58,608 nt of DNA from contig JAFTHO010000130.1 in assembly GCA_017457385.1 (NCBI GenBank), forward strand, positions 1 to 58,608, read 5' to 3'. Position 1 is the first letter of the stretch; each line of letters begins with the position of its first letter. The position numbers were made by a program, and so were the translations under genes. The DNA comes from Clostridia bacterium (lineage in GTDB: Bacteria; Bacillota; Clostridia; Christensenellales; CAG-314). The notes beneath the pieces are model-generated. The model did not search any database, was not told the origin of the DNA, and worked only from the letters and a program-made list of their open reading frames with translations. Shown here one piece after another: positions 27,126 through 35,726 of the stretch.

Positions 27126-29423
27126 TCATTTTTTAGACTTCTTAGAAGCCTCATATTCCTCAACAAGCTTTTCTGCAATGTCACGTTTATTTAAATCATA
27201 AGCTTTGGCCAAAACTTTTTTGTAATCATATTTTTTACTTATCTCATCCAACATTGATTTAACTTTTGGTGTGAGAACAACTTTGTCTTCTGCCTGATTA
27301 GTTATCTTCAACAACTGCTGTATAAAGTAACTGTTTTGCGACTTAAATTCTTCCAACGTTGGTTTTGTGCTGCCATACGTTGGAACATCTTGCAAGCCTT
27401 TACCTTGTTTGCAGACTTCTGCAGTAAGGATCTCACTGTAACAATCAGTAGAAAACCTATCAGAGTAGATCTTTTTCTTACAAAGATAATAACGGTGTTC
27501 ATCAGTTCCACCTTCAAGTGTACCGGAACGAGTTTCTATCTTACTTCTGAAGTAACCGTATTTATCGTGTACTGCAGTATGCTTCAAATGAAAAAAAGAT
27601 ACAACTTTTTTCAGAAGATAAAGAGTTAAACAATTATCACTTCGTTTAGTTCTATAATCATAATAAAGTGAAATAAATTTACCAAAAACAACATTATGCA
27701 AAAGATCTTCTAAATAAAAGAACGGCATTGCCAAGTTTTCATCAGAAACATCTGCTATATTAAGCAAAGTGCAAAGTTCTTTTGCATCAGCACCCCAACT
27801 GGATGCACGTTGTTCGTCTGTGTAAAAACGGATAAAAGGATAATTGTCTATAGTTGCTTTATGACGGGACATCTTTAAACTGTAGTTAAATAAATCGTTC
27901 TTTTGATTGGCATCATCAGACATTTTTTCAATGCCCTGCAGTTCAACCTGGTTGCCACGTTCTTTGCCTATTTCAGTTATACCAACACAAGCAAATTCGA
28001 GCATGCTGGTGTGTTCTTCGTCAATACGTTTTCCAAGTCGCACGTCATCAAAATCAAGAATATGAGCATAATTACTATCATAGCGATGCTCAGGGGTCCG
28101 TTCAAAAAAATCCATATCCCAAACAGGAAAATGCCCTTCACAAACAAGCATGTTATCTGACCGAATAGAATAATTTGCTAATGCCAAACTCGAAGGAACA
28201 GTATAAACAAAGTAAAGTTGGGCATACGTTTCCAACACGTCAAAAATGCTTTCACTTACAAGCTCTGTTTCTCTAAAAGTGGGATAAATGGTATAATCAT
28301 AACCAAACAAATTATCTGCAGAAGGGTTACTATAAAAACGTTGTTCTTGTTTTCTTACCCAAAGTCTAGCAGACGTAAGATTGAAAACAAGACCTGAATC
28401 AATAGCACAATCAAAGTCGTTTTCAAATTGAGCCCATGGAAATAAAGGGAACTTCATATCATTATTTTGGATGAGTTCAAAAGCCTTTTGCCTGAAGATA
28501 ACTTCCTGTGACAGCATTATATCTGTCAACGTCGTTGTCTTTTTGCTACCCATAGAACCGGTTATCAAAATAACCAGGTTAAGTTTGTTGTTTATAAAAT
28601 TCTTATTACGTTGTTCAAACCTTCTAAGCCTTTTTAAACCTATATACCGGCGTATTTTAGATAAAAGAATATAACCTAAAACAAACCAGGCCCACGTTGG
28701 CAAAGAAGAAAACATGAGAGCAACGTCCATTGACAACTTGTACACCTGCAAATAAACAGTTGCAACGTCAAAAGAAACAATAAAATAAATCATCCAGGCA
28801 ACAAGCTCCATTGCCATAGAAAAAACGTTTAAGTTGATCAGCCAAAGGCAGAGCCATAATCTTACGTAGATCTTACGTTGGTTTAAAAAATCAAAAAAAC
28901 CTTTTAATTTTAGCCCTGCCGGCTGATATTTTTTTTCTAATTTACGCCATTTGACAAGAGCCTTGCTGTCCTCATTAACATCATTTTTACTTTCACTCAA
29001 AAGCATATGTTTGACAACGAAATACAAACCTACAAGTGGTGGCGCAAAAAGCATAATTAAAATGCTTGCCTGGTAAATAAATTTAACAACAATGCCAAGA
29101 TAATTGCCAAAATTACTGGCATTAAAAAACTGTGGCCAAAAGGCTTGCATTTTAAGCTCGAAGTCAGACCAGAGCAAAGGAAAAGCTGTATCTATATTGA
29201 CGTAAGATGAAACATTAGCAACGCCTGGCTGCATAACATTATCACTGTTTGTAAAGATGCAAAAAAGTTCAACAAAATAATAGGCAACAGACTGAAGAAC
29301 GTGCCAGACTGTTTCAAAGAAACGCAACCACGCTGTAGAAAACAAAAACAGCGTAGATAACGTTAACAATGTTATGCCGATTGACAACCAATCTTTTTTT
29401 GTGAGCTTTTTAAAAATTGTCAT
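27126..29423 (-). CDS. Polytopic-membrane P-loop NTPase (765 aa), family unassigned
   Basis: About 280 aa with roughly 6-7 hydrophobic helices, then Walker A LITGSMGSKKTT, a Walker-B-like ACVGITEIG, and a lysine-rich C-terminus. Confidence 0.8.
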   Translation of the reverse strand: MTIFKKLTKKDWLSIGITLLTLSTLFLFSTAWLRFFETVWHVLQSVAYYFVELFCIFTNSDNVMQPGVANVSSYVNIDTAFPLLWSDFELKMQAFWPQFFNASNFGNYLGIVVKFIYQASILIMLFAPPLVGLYFVVKHMLLSESKNDVNEDSKALVKWRKLEKKYQPAGLKLKGFFDFLNQRKIYVRLWLCLWLINLNVFSMAMELVAWMIYFIVSFDVATVYLQVYKLSMDVALMFSSLPTWAWFVLGYILLSKIRRYIGLKRLRRFEQRNKNFINNKLNLVILITGSMGSKKTTTLTDIMLSQEVIFRQKAFELIQNNDMKFPLFPWAQFENDFDCAIDSGLVFNLTSARLWVRKQEQRFYSNPSADNLFGYDYTIYPTFRETELVSESIFDVLETYAQLYFVYTVPSSLALANYSIRSDNMLVCEGHFPVWDMDFFERTPEHRYDSNYAHILDFDDVRLGKRIDEEHTSMLEFACVGITEIGKERGNQVELQGIEKMSDDANQKNDLFNYSLKMSRHKATIDNYPFIRFYTDEQRASSWGADAKELCTLLNIADVSDENLAMPFFYLEDLLHNVVFGKFISLYYDYRTKRSDNCLTLYLLKKVVSFFHLKHTAVHDKYGYFRSKIETRSGTLEGGTDEHRYYLCKKKIYSDRFSTDCYSEILTAEVCKQGKGLQDVPTYGSTKPTLEEFKSQNSYFIQQLLKITNQAEDKVVLTPKVKSMLDEISKKYDYKKVLAKAYDLNKRDIAEKLVEEYEASKKSKK

Positions 29424-29518
29424 ACTGTATTAAAAGTAAAAACTATATAGCCAACCAGCAAAAAAATAAATACAGAAGCTATAAGTTTAAATATATTTTT
29501 TAACGTAGTCTTTTTCAT
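29420..29518 (-). CDS. 32-aa single-TM peptide (MKKTTLKNIFKLIASVFIFLLVGYIVFTFNTV)
   Basis: Found by manual translation. Its stop overlaps the NTPase start (ATGA). It is too short for the ORF track. Confidence 0.4.
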   Translation of the reverse strand: MKKTTLKNIFKLIASVFIFLLVGYIVFTFNTV

Positions 29519-29631
29519 TGTTTGACTTTTTATTTATTTTGGTTATAATAGTTAATGAAGAAACGCAACTTGTAAAAAGTTGATGAATGGGCGGCTTAAG
29601 CTTAGCCCGTGGGGCGTTTCTTTTTTTTATG

Positions 29632-29955
29632 TCATTTTTTAGGATATTTCCAAGATAAAGGCTTGTCTTCAAAATTAGATATTTTATCGTGACGGACTCT
29701 TTTTGCAATATACATTGCATTCGGGTCTTTTTTATTTGGATTAGGATAAATCATTTCATTTGAATGTCTGCCATCTTTTTCGCGATGCATAACCTTTCTA
29801 TAACAATATTCGTCAACAGATTGTTCGCCTACAATAAGAGCAGGATGATTATTTTTTCTATAATACCTAAAATGAGGATAAGGGGCTTTCAAATGAATAG
29901 ATTTTTTAGCCGGTTTAACTACCGGCTTTTTTGTTTTCTTTTTTACTGCCATCAT
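29632..29955 (-). CDS. Basic 107-aa hypothetical protein
   Basis: Its start overlaps the stop of the upstream gene. The N-terminus is K-rich. Confidence 0.6.
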   Translation of the reverse strand: MMAVKKKTKKPVVKPAKKSIHLKAPYPHFRYYRKNNHPALIVGEQSVDEYCYRKVMHREKDGRHSNEMIYPNPNKKDPNAMYIAKRVRHDKISNFEDKPLSWKYPKK

Positions 29956-31295
29956 TTACCCCTTAAGAAATCAACTACCCAACGAAGAACGTTCCAACCA
30001 AGAAAAATGAGAACAGCACCCAAGACCCACAAGCCAATAGTTTTAAGTTTGTCAAAAAAAGAATCTACTTCAGGAATTGTAACGTTAATAATAGGACCAT
30101 CAGGATTGTCAGGGACAGGTTCGCCAGTATCTGGATCAACTGGTTTTGATTGCATATTGTCAACGACACCCAAATTGTAATAATCGCCATCAGTAACAAA
30201 AGCAAGACGTAAAATTGAAACGTCAGCTATAATAGTAAATTCCTTTTCAGTCACAACAAATGTATTAGTGTTATAAGTGCCAGTATTATAGTCAGTCAAA
30301 GCAAAACGCAAAACCCAATCGTGTGAACGAATTTTGTCTTCAGACTCCTTGCTAAGATTACTTTGAACTTCAACGTCAAAAATACCAGCCTCATACATTT
30401 GACCAATTTGTTCATTTTCCAAAAAAGCATCGGATTTTTCTATGCTGTTCCATTGATAGGTTGAAGAAAACCAACCGTCACCAGTATACGTCACGTCAAT
30501 GTCTGATTTAAGATAAACCGTATCCGGTGTAACCTCGCCAAATTGAACAATATCACCAGTGCTACCACCTTTGTGACTGTAATAAGTCTGATATGTATAA
30601 TAAACATCTGCTTCAAGCAGGTTTTTCATTTTTTTATCGGTAGAAAAAGAAACAAAATGCACGTCACAAGCCGTTGCAGAAGCAAAAATGCCACCGTCAG
30701 GATAACGAATAAAGCCAACGTATTTATCTGTAACAGTTATAACTTCAACGTCTTTAACAGACAAAGAAAGGGTTGAGCCACTACCTGTAAAAGTGAATGC
30801 TTTGCCTACTTTAAATGGGGTCATAGAAACAGTGTTGCCATTGTCAAGTTCTTCATCAAAATCAGAGATAAAACGTCTTGAAATAGAAGAAATTTCGTAA
30901 TAACGTGTTTCATCAGAACTAACGGTCAAACCATCGACTTTATATTTAAAAAAGCCGTCATGAGAATTAATCAAGGTCAAACCATAAACTTTATAATCAA
31001 CGTCTTTCTCAACCAAAGAAATATTAATGGAAGCTGCACGCAAAATTGCAGGCGAATAAACGTAAACAAAAAGTTCGTTGTTTACACTTTCTGCAACTGT
31101 CAAAAGTTCCAATTTGCCATTGGTATAATCAATAGGATATTTAGATGCATCAAACATTGGATCTTCAGCAAGGTCGTCCATAACGTTTGTATATTGAATA
31201 GTATCGTTTGCTGTTACAGCAAAGGCTGTGGCAGTTCCGCCACAGCCGAAGCATAGCAACAAAACGAAAATCAAAATAAGACTAATTTTTTTCAT
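29952..31295 (-). CDS. Lipoprotein-like secreted protein with C-terminal TM anchor (447 aa)
   Basis: Signal sequence MKKISLILIFVLLLCFGCGG and a C-terminal helix IGLWVLGAVLIFLGWNVLRWVV followed by RGK. Confidence 0.75.
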   Translation of the reverse strand: MKKISLILIFVLLLCFGCGGTATAFAVTANDTIQYTNVMDDLAEDPMFDASKYPIDYTNGKLELLTVAESVNNELFVYVYSPAILRAASINISLVEKDVDYKVYGLTLINSHDGFFKYKVDGLTVSSDETRYYEISSISRRFISDFDEELDNGNTVSMTPFKVGKAFTFTGSGSTLSLSVKDVEVITVTDKYVGFIRYPDGGIFASATACDVHFVSFSTDKKMKNLLEADVYYTYQTYYSHKGGSTGDIVQFGEVTPDTVYLKSDIDVTYTGDGWFSSTYQWNSIEKSDAFLENEQIGQMYEAGIFDVEVQSNLSKESEDKIRSHDWVLRFALTDYNTGTYNTNTFVVTEKEFTIIADVSILRLAFVTDGDYYNLGVVDNMQSKPVDPDTGEPVPDNPDGPIINVTIPEVDSFFDKLKTIGLWVLGAVLIFLGWNVLRWVVDFLRGK

Positions 31296-31438
31296 CGTTT
31301 TTTCCGTTTATTATTTTTAGTTGTAAAAACTCCTGTCAAAGCACAGATAATCACAAAGGCCAAACCTATGCCAAGGCCAAGAACGATTGTGTCAAAATCT
31401 TCCTCAGATACAACTTGTCCAAGCTCGGTTTTAACCAA
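31292..31438 (-). CDS. Coat-like mini-protein: acidic N-terminus, one TM, basic C-terminus (about 48 aa)
   Basis: Manual translation gives ..VKTELGQVVSEEDFDTIVLGLGIGLAFVIICALTGVFTTKNNKRKKR. The stop overlaps the next start (ATGA). There is no ATG or GTG; TTG at 31438 is the best candidate start. Confidence 0.3.
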   Translation of the reverse strand: MVKTELGQVVSEEDFDTIVLGLGIGLAFVIICALTGVFTTKNNKRKKR

Positions 31439-31461
31439 GGTGATTGTTGTATCTTCAGTTA

Positions 31462-33480
31462 TTAAAAATTTTCGTCACCTTCCGGTTCATAAAGAAAATT
31501 ATTAATGCCAGCAACAGTAAGTGCATCCAAGATACTTGTGCCATAGTCTACCTGTGCGTATGCGTATACTTCACCATCAACGATAAATGTGATATTACAT
31601 CTGATGATTTCATATCTTGCAGTAATTGTTGTTGTTTCGTTAATTTCTTGATCTACGTATTGAGTACCGTCAGCAAGGAACCAGCCAACAAAGTTGTAAC
31701 CTGTTTTTGCTGGTGCATTAGGGATTTCTGCAGCTTCACCAATAATTACATAATCAGATTGAACTGTGTTGCCATCCGCAATGAAAGTAACAAGTTTTTC
31801 ATTGAGTTTCCAAACAGCATAGAGGTTGATAGTTGAACCATTATTTTCAGTTACACCGTATACTTCTTCTTGATCTGCGTATTCGACGGCACCATTTGCT
31901 GCAGTTGCCCAGCCAAGGAAGATATAGTGTTCACGTGTGAATTTGTTTGCTGACAATTTAGTGTCAATATCATATTGAACACCTGTCTGATCTGCCATTG
32001 TGCCAGTACCGCCATTTGCATGGAACTTGAAATTATAAGTTACGGTTTCCCAAACTGCTTTGAGTGTTACAGTGCCATTTGCAGTTGCAGTAAGATTGTT
32101 TGCACTTGCACCATCTGTCAAATAGCTTGTTGTGCCATTGATAGACCATTTTACAAAATACATACCTTTATTTACGAAAGTATTAGCTGGCAATGTTTTA
32201 GCCTGGTCATATGTCATTGCAACGTCTGCCATAGTACCAGTACCGCCCATACCATCAAATTTGATCGTATAAGTGTTAGCCTGCCATACAGCATAGTAAG
32301 TGATTGTGCCACCGTCAGTTGCAGTCAATTTTGAAACAGATGCTTTATCTGTTTTTGCTACTGAACCTGTTGCTGAAGTTGCCCAACCAGTGAATGTATA
32401 ACCTGTCTTTGTAAAGGCATTTGCAGTCAAGTTTGCAGTCTGGCTATATTTCATAGACATATCTGCCATTGTTCCAGTACCGCCATTTTTGTCGAACTTG
32501 ATTGTGTAGTCATGTTCTTCCCAAACGGCATACAAAGTTACTGAGCCATTATCTGTTGCAGTCAAGTTTTTAACAGATTGTTTATCTGTATAAGTTGCAG
32601 TAGTTGCAGTTGATGACGTACTCCAACCTTTAAAAGTATAACCTGTGCGTGTGAGTGTGTTTTGTGTCAAAGCTTTAGCAACGTCATAAGTCATTGACAT
32701 TGTTGCAATGCTACCAGAACCACCATTATTGTTGAATACAATGCTGTATGTATGAGCACGGAAACCAGCATACAAAGTAACGTCACCAATTACTGTGCTA
32801 TCTGTATAAGGTTGAGTGCAAGCTTCATCTTTAAACCAACCTGTAAATGTATAACCTGTCTTTATTGGAGCGTCGGGCAAGCCATAAGTGACAATAGAAA
32901 TCTTTTTGCTTGTGCCAGAAGTATACGTCTGGTTGATCTCATAGTCACCGCTTTCAGTTTCATATACGTCAGTAAATGTTATAGACACAGTGTATTCTGT
33001 ATTAGCTTTCAAAGATCCAGCTTCATACAAGTCAACAAGATCAACGACAAATTCATTTGGATTCCAACCGTTAGCCAAGAAAGAATGTTCTACTGCATAG
33101 TTAGAGCCTGATGCAACAAATTGGACTTTAATAGTTCCAACAGCGCCATCTTGCCAACTATACTTAGAACTAAAATGCAATCTGCCTGTTGTTCCAGAAT
33201 TATCTGTAAAATTAAGATAATTTGAACCTTGACCTGTCAACGTTGCAGGTGTATAAGATGCATATGGTGTAGCTTCATTGCCAGACATATAAAAAGGCAT
33301 TACAGCTAAAACAGAAGTCTCAACAACAGAATCACTTACTGAAGGTGGAGTAACAACGTTGTCAGACTCATCCTCTTTAACGTTTGAGATCTTGACAAGC
33401 AAAACCAACGTTGAAAGAGAAAAGACTATTGCCAAAACCCAAGCAATAATTAAATGAATTTTTTGTTTTTTATAAGTCAT
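31462..33480 (-). CDS. Signal-anchored surface protein with about 7 Listeria-Bacteroides (Flg_new-type) repeats
   Basis: N-terminal TM helix. Repeated G(Y)TF(T/K)GW...(V/I)TLYA(V)W units. GAGGAG RBS. Confidence 0.85.
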   Translation of the reverse strand: MTYKKQKIHLIIAWVLAIVFSLSTLVLLVKISNVKEDESDNVVTPPSVSDSVVETSVLAVMPFYMSGNEATPYASYTPATLTGQGSNYLNFTDNSGTTGRLHFSSKYSWQDGAVGTIKVQFVASGSNYAVEHSFLANGWNPNEFVVDLVDLYEAGSLKANTEYTVSITFTDVYETESGDYEINQTYTSGTSKKISIVTYGLPDAPIKTGYTFTGWFKDEACTQPYTDSTVIGDVTLYAGFRAHTYSIVFNNNGGSGSIATMSMTYDVAKALTQNTLTRTGYTFKGWSTSSTATTATYTDKQSVKNLTATDNGSVTLYAVWEEHDYTIKFDKNGGTGTMADMSMKYSQTANLTANAFTKTGYTFTGWATSATGSVAKTDKASVSKLTATDGGTITYYAVWQANTYTIKFDGMGGTGTMADVAMTYDQAKTLPANTFVNKGMYFVKWSINGTTSYLTDGASANNLTATANGTVTLKAVWETVTYNFKFHANGGTGTMADQTGVQYDIDTKLSANKFTREHYIFLGWATAANGAVEYADQEEVYGVTENNGSTINLYAVWKLNEKLVTFIADGNTVQSDYVIIGEAAEIPNAPAKTGYNFVGWFLADGTQYVDQEINETTTITARYEIIRCNITFIVDGEVYAYAQVDYGTSILDALTVAGINNFLYEPEGDENF

Positions 33481-33528
33481 AAAATCTCCTCAAAAAAAGA
33501 ACTCAAACTAAAAGTTTGAGTTTAAAAA

Positions 33529-33759
33529 TTATTCAGTTGCTTCGTCTGCAGGTTCTGGCATGTCGCAATCTTCACAAACACCATCTACATAGTCATGATT
33601 GCATTCATGTTCACATTCGATGCAAACACCATCTACGTAATCATGTTCGCAAAAGAGTGATGGAACAAACGTTTTAAGTGCCAACATTGACGTTGACAAA
33701 AAGATTGCAATAATAAGAACCCAAGAAAGAACCCTTTTGAATTTAGCTTTTTTAGCCAT
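33529..33759 (-). CDS. 76-aa TM protein with Cys/Asp-rich tail (CEHDYVDGVC twice)
   Basis: AAGGAG RBS, an N-terminal basic segment plus a TM helix, and a duplicated HDYVDGVC motif. Confidence 0.65.
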   Translation of the reverse strand: MAKKAKFKRVLSWVLIIAIFLSTSMLALKTFVPSLFCEHDYVDGVCIECEHECNHDYVDGVCEDCDMPEPADEATE

Positions 33760-33854
33760 TTAAAAAATCTCCTTAAAAAAAATATAGTTGTAAAAGTGCA
33801 AGTGAGTATCAAAAAAAATATTAACTAAAGTTTGAGAAACACCCCCTTTATCAA

Positions 33855-33977
33855 TCAAGAAATAACAAAGGCTACAAGTAAAGCATCGTTGGCAACCTTG
33901 TTATATTTAGTTTTACGTCTGTAAGGCTTTTTTCTTTTTGAATAATAATTGGGTTTAGTTCGTTTACGTTTTGGCAT
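33855..33977 (-). CDS. 40-aa extremely basic peptide (MPKRKRTKPNYYSKRKKPYRRKTKYNKVANDALLVAFVIS)
   Basis: Found by manual translation. AAGGA lies 6 nt upstream of the ATG. It is too short for the ORF track. Confidence 0.35.
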   Translation of the reverse strand: MPKRKRTKPNYYSKRKKPYRRKTKYNKVANDALLVAFVIS

Positions 33978-34006
33978 AAAATATCCTTATCCCTAAAAGG
34001 GAATGC

Positions 34007-34072
34007 AGTTTTACAGGGATGACTGCCAACCCGAGTGAGGTAGTGTAGTTTTACAAGGATGACTGCCAACCC
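34007..34072 (+). repeat. Two 26-bp direct repeats AGTTTTACA(G/A)GGATGACTGCCAACCC, period 40 bp
   Basis: 34007-34032 and 34047-34072, one mismatch. Confidence 0.85.
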
Positions 34073-34073
34073 A

Positions 34074-34433
34074 ATGGTGGTGGTGTTTATTTTAAGTCTT
34101 ACCACCAACAGACTAAGAACAAAGGAGTTCAAAATGCATAACGCAATGGAGTGGTAATGTTTAACGTGCTAGACCACTAATGCACAATCGGTATAATTGC
34201 TGAAACCACTCAAGGTTTTGGGGTGGTAATTCTTTTCCGGACGGCTACCACGAATCCGTCTTACACGACCAAGATTAAACTCTGATTGTCGAGACTGAGA
34301 GTGTGAGAGATTTAAAATACATTTTTCGGAGGAAAACCTAAAATGTAAATAATTCAAAAAAGAAACTTTGACAAAAAGTCAGGGTTTAATGGTGGTGGTC
34401 TTTAATTTAAAGTCCTACCACCAACGGACTAAC
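34074..34433. repeat. Hairpin-repeat field: two related 44-45-bp GGTGGTGGT...TACCACCAAC...GACTAA units plus two further (A/G)GTGGT.../...ACCAC hairpins
   Basis: Related units at 34074-34117 and 34389-34433, about 85 percent identical. Additional hairpins near 34150-34178 and 34221-34251. Confidence 0.7.
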
Positions 34434-34474
34434 CAAAAATCAGATAAAAAGGAAGTGTATGGATTTAAAAACAA

Positions 34475-34750
34475 TCACTTTTTAGCGTGTCTGATATTCA
34501 CCCATTTTGGAACGTCAACATTGTTTTTGCGATCAAATTCAGTTGTAACGTCCAACAAAACTTCTTCACCGGGAACAGCTTTAAAAGCCCCAACGTCTGT
34601 GCGACATTTTCTCAAACGTGGTTCAGGCATAAAACCTTCTGCATCTGGTGCAAAAACTTCTGCAACGTAATGGTTTTCGCCAGTATACGTTTTGTTTTGT
34701 TCAGAAGTGAATGAATAAGCTTTACTTGTAAGATAGATATACTTTGACAT
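34475..34750 (-). CDS. Hypothetical 91-aa protein
   Basis: AAGGAG RBS. Third gene of the leftward operon. Confidence 0.6.
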   Translation of the reverse strand: MSKYIYLTSKAYSFTSEQNKTYTGENHYVAEVFAPDAEGFMPEPRLRKCRTDVGAFKAVPGEEVLLDVTTEFDRKNNVDVPKWVNIRHAKK

Positions 34751-34753
34751 AAG

Positions 34754-35038
34754 TTACTCCTTTGCCCTTTTGGGCTTTTTATATTTGTTCCGGTTTAAGC
34801 ATCCGGTGTGCTTTTTAAATTTTTTGATCAAGTTGTTTTCACAACTTCGATAAGCCTGCAGATAAGATACCGTTGACGTAAAGTGTGGGCAATCTACAAA
34901 CGTAACGTTAAATAAACGTTGTGGAAAAGTTTGTTGCCAAAGATCAGCAGGTTTTGCAGTTTCAAATCTACGTTGCACGTTGCAATTTGCCCTGATACAG
35001 AACATACAAGGTGCACAAACAACAACATCTGCACTCAT
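34754..35038 (-). CDS. Hypothetical 94-aa Cys-rich, C-terminally basic protein
   Basis: Its start overlaps the stop of the upstream gene. Confidence 0.5.
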   Translation of the reverse strand: MSADVVVCAPCMFCIRANCNVQRRFETAKPADLWQQTFPQRLFNVTFVDCPHFTSTVSYLQAYRSCENNLIKKFKKHTGCLNRNKYKKPKRAKE

Positions 35039-35247
35039 AATGCAATTGGTGTAGAAGACATTTGTCTGACGCCAAATATCTTATTGAGAATATAGTCATA
35101 CTCTTCAATTACAACTGTTCTGTTATTGCCTATAACAATAACGCTATAAAGGCCTTTTCTTGTTTTTACTTCTTCAACGGCATAAATGCTGTTGATTGTC
35201 ACAAAAAAGCGTGTGCCATCTTCTTTTGTTAATTGCATTGCGTTCAT
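35035..35247 (-). CDS. Hypothetical 70-aa protein, first gene of the leftward operon
   Basis: GGGGAGAG RBS. Divergent from the XRE gene. Confidence 0.55.
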   Translation of the reverse strand: MNAMQLTKEDGTRFFVTINSIYAVEEVKTRKGLYSVIVIGNNRTVVIEEYDYILNKIFGVRQMSSTPIAL

Positions 35248-35291
35248 TTCTTCACTCTCCCCTTTGTTCAGTAATTTTGATAATTAAAAAA

Positions 35292-35370
35292 ATACGATAA
35301 TATCGTATTTATAAAAATATTATAAACGGTAATATCGTATTGTCAAGACAAAAAAACAATTTTATCGTAT
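35292..35370. promoter_or_regulatory. Operator array in the divergent control region
   Basis: Palindrome ATACGATA-A-TATCGTAT (35292-35308), plus further TATCGTAT half-sites at 35333-35340 and 35363-35370, about 30-32 bp apart. Confidence 0.6.
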
Positions 35371-35394
35371 TTTTTTTTAAAAGGAGAACTAAAA

Positions 35395-35712
35395 ATGCTA
35401 AAAATCAAAGATGCTCGTAAAGAAAAAGGATTAAAACAATATCAACTTGCAGAAAAAGTAAATGTATCAGTTCAAACAATTAGTGGTTATGAAACTGGTT
35501 ATGCTAAACCACCAATTGAAATACTTATAAAAATTGCAGATGTATTAGAAACAACAACAGATTATCTTTTAGGTAGAGAATCGGAAATAGGAATTATAAA
35601 TGCAAATGCAAACCTTGCTTCCGATGAAGTGCAACTACTCGATTTATATCGTCAAATGAACTTTCAAGACAAAAACCAACTCATTGGCTTTGCTAAAGCT
35701 TTGGTTTACTAA
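35395..35712 (+). CDS. XRE-family HTH transcriptional regulator (repressor-like)
   Basis: LKQYQLAEKVNVSVQTISGYETG...LIKIADVLETTTDYLLGRE. AAGGAG RBS. Confidence 0.85.
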   Translation: MLKIKDARKEKGLKQYQLAEKVNVSVQTISGYETGYAKPPIEILIKIADVLETTTDYLLGRESEIGIINANANLASDEVQLLDLYRQMNFQDKNQLIGFAKALVY

Positions 35713-35726
35713 AAGGAGATAAAAAG

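Noticed and set aside
29487-29720. 77-aa minus-strand ORF spanning the 29424-29631 gap
   Set aside because: It overlaps the 3' end of the 107-aa gene in another frame and has no RBS. The RBS-less but translationally coupled 32-aa TM ORF is the more plausible reading of this gap.
34483-34488. TAGCGT hexamer resembling the CS-6 element of ssoA-type single-strand origins
   Set aside because: A 6-mer is expected many times by chance in a window this size, and this one lies inside a coding region.
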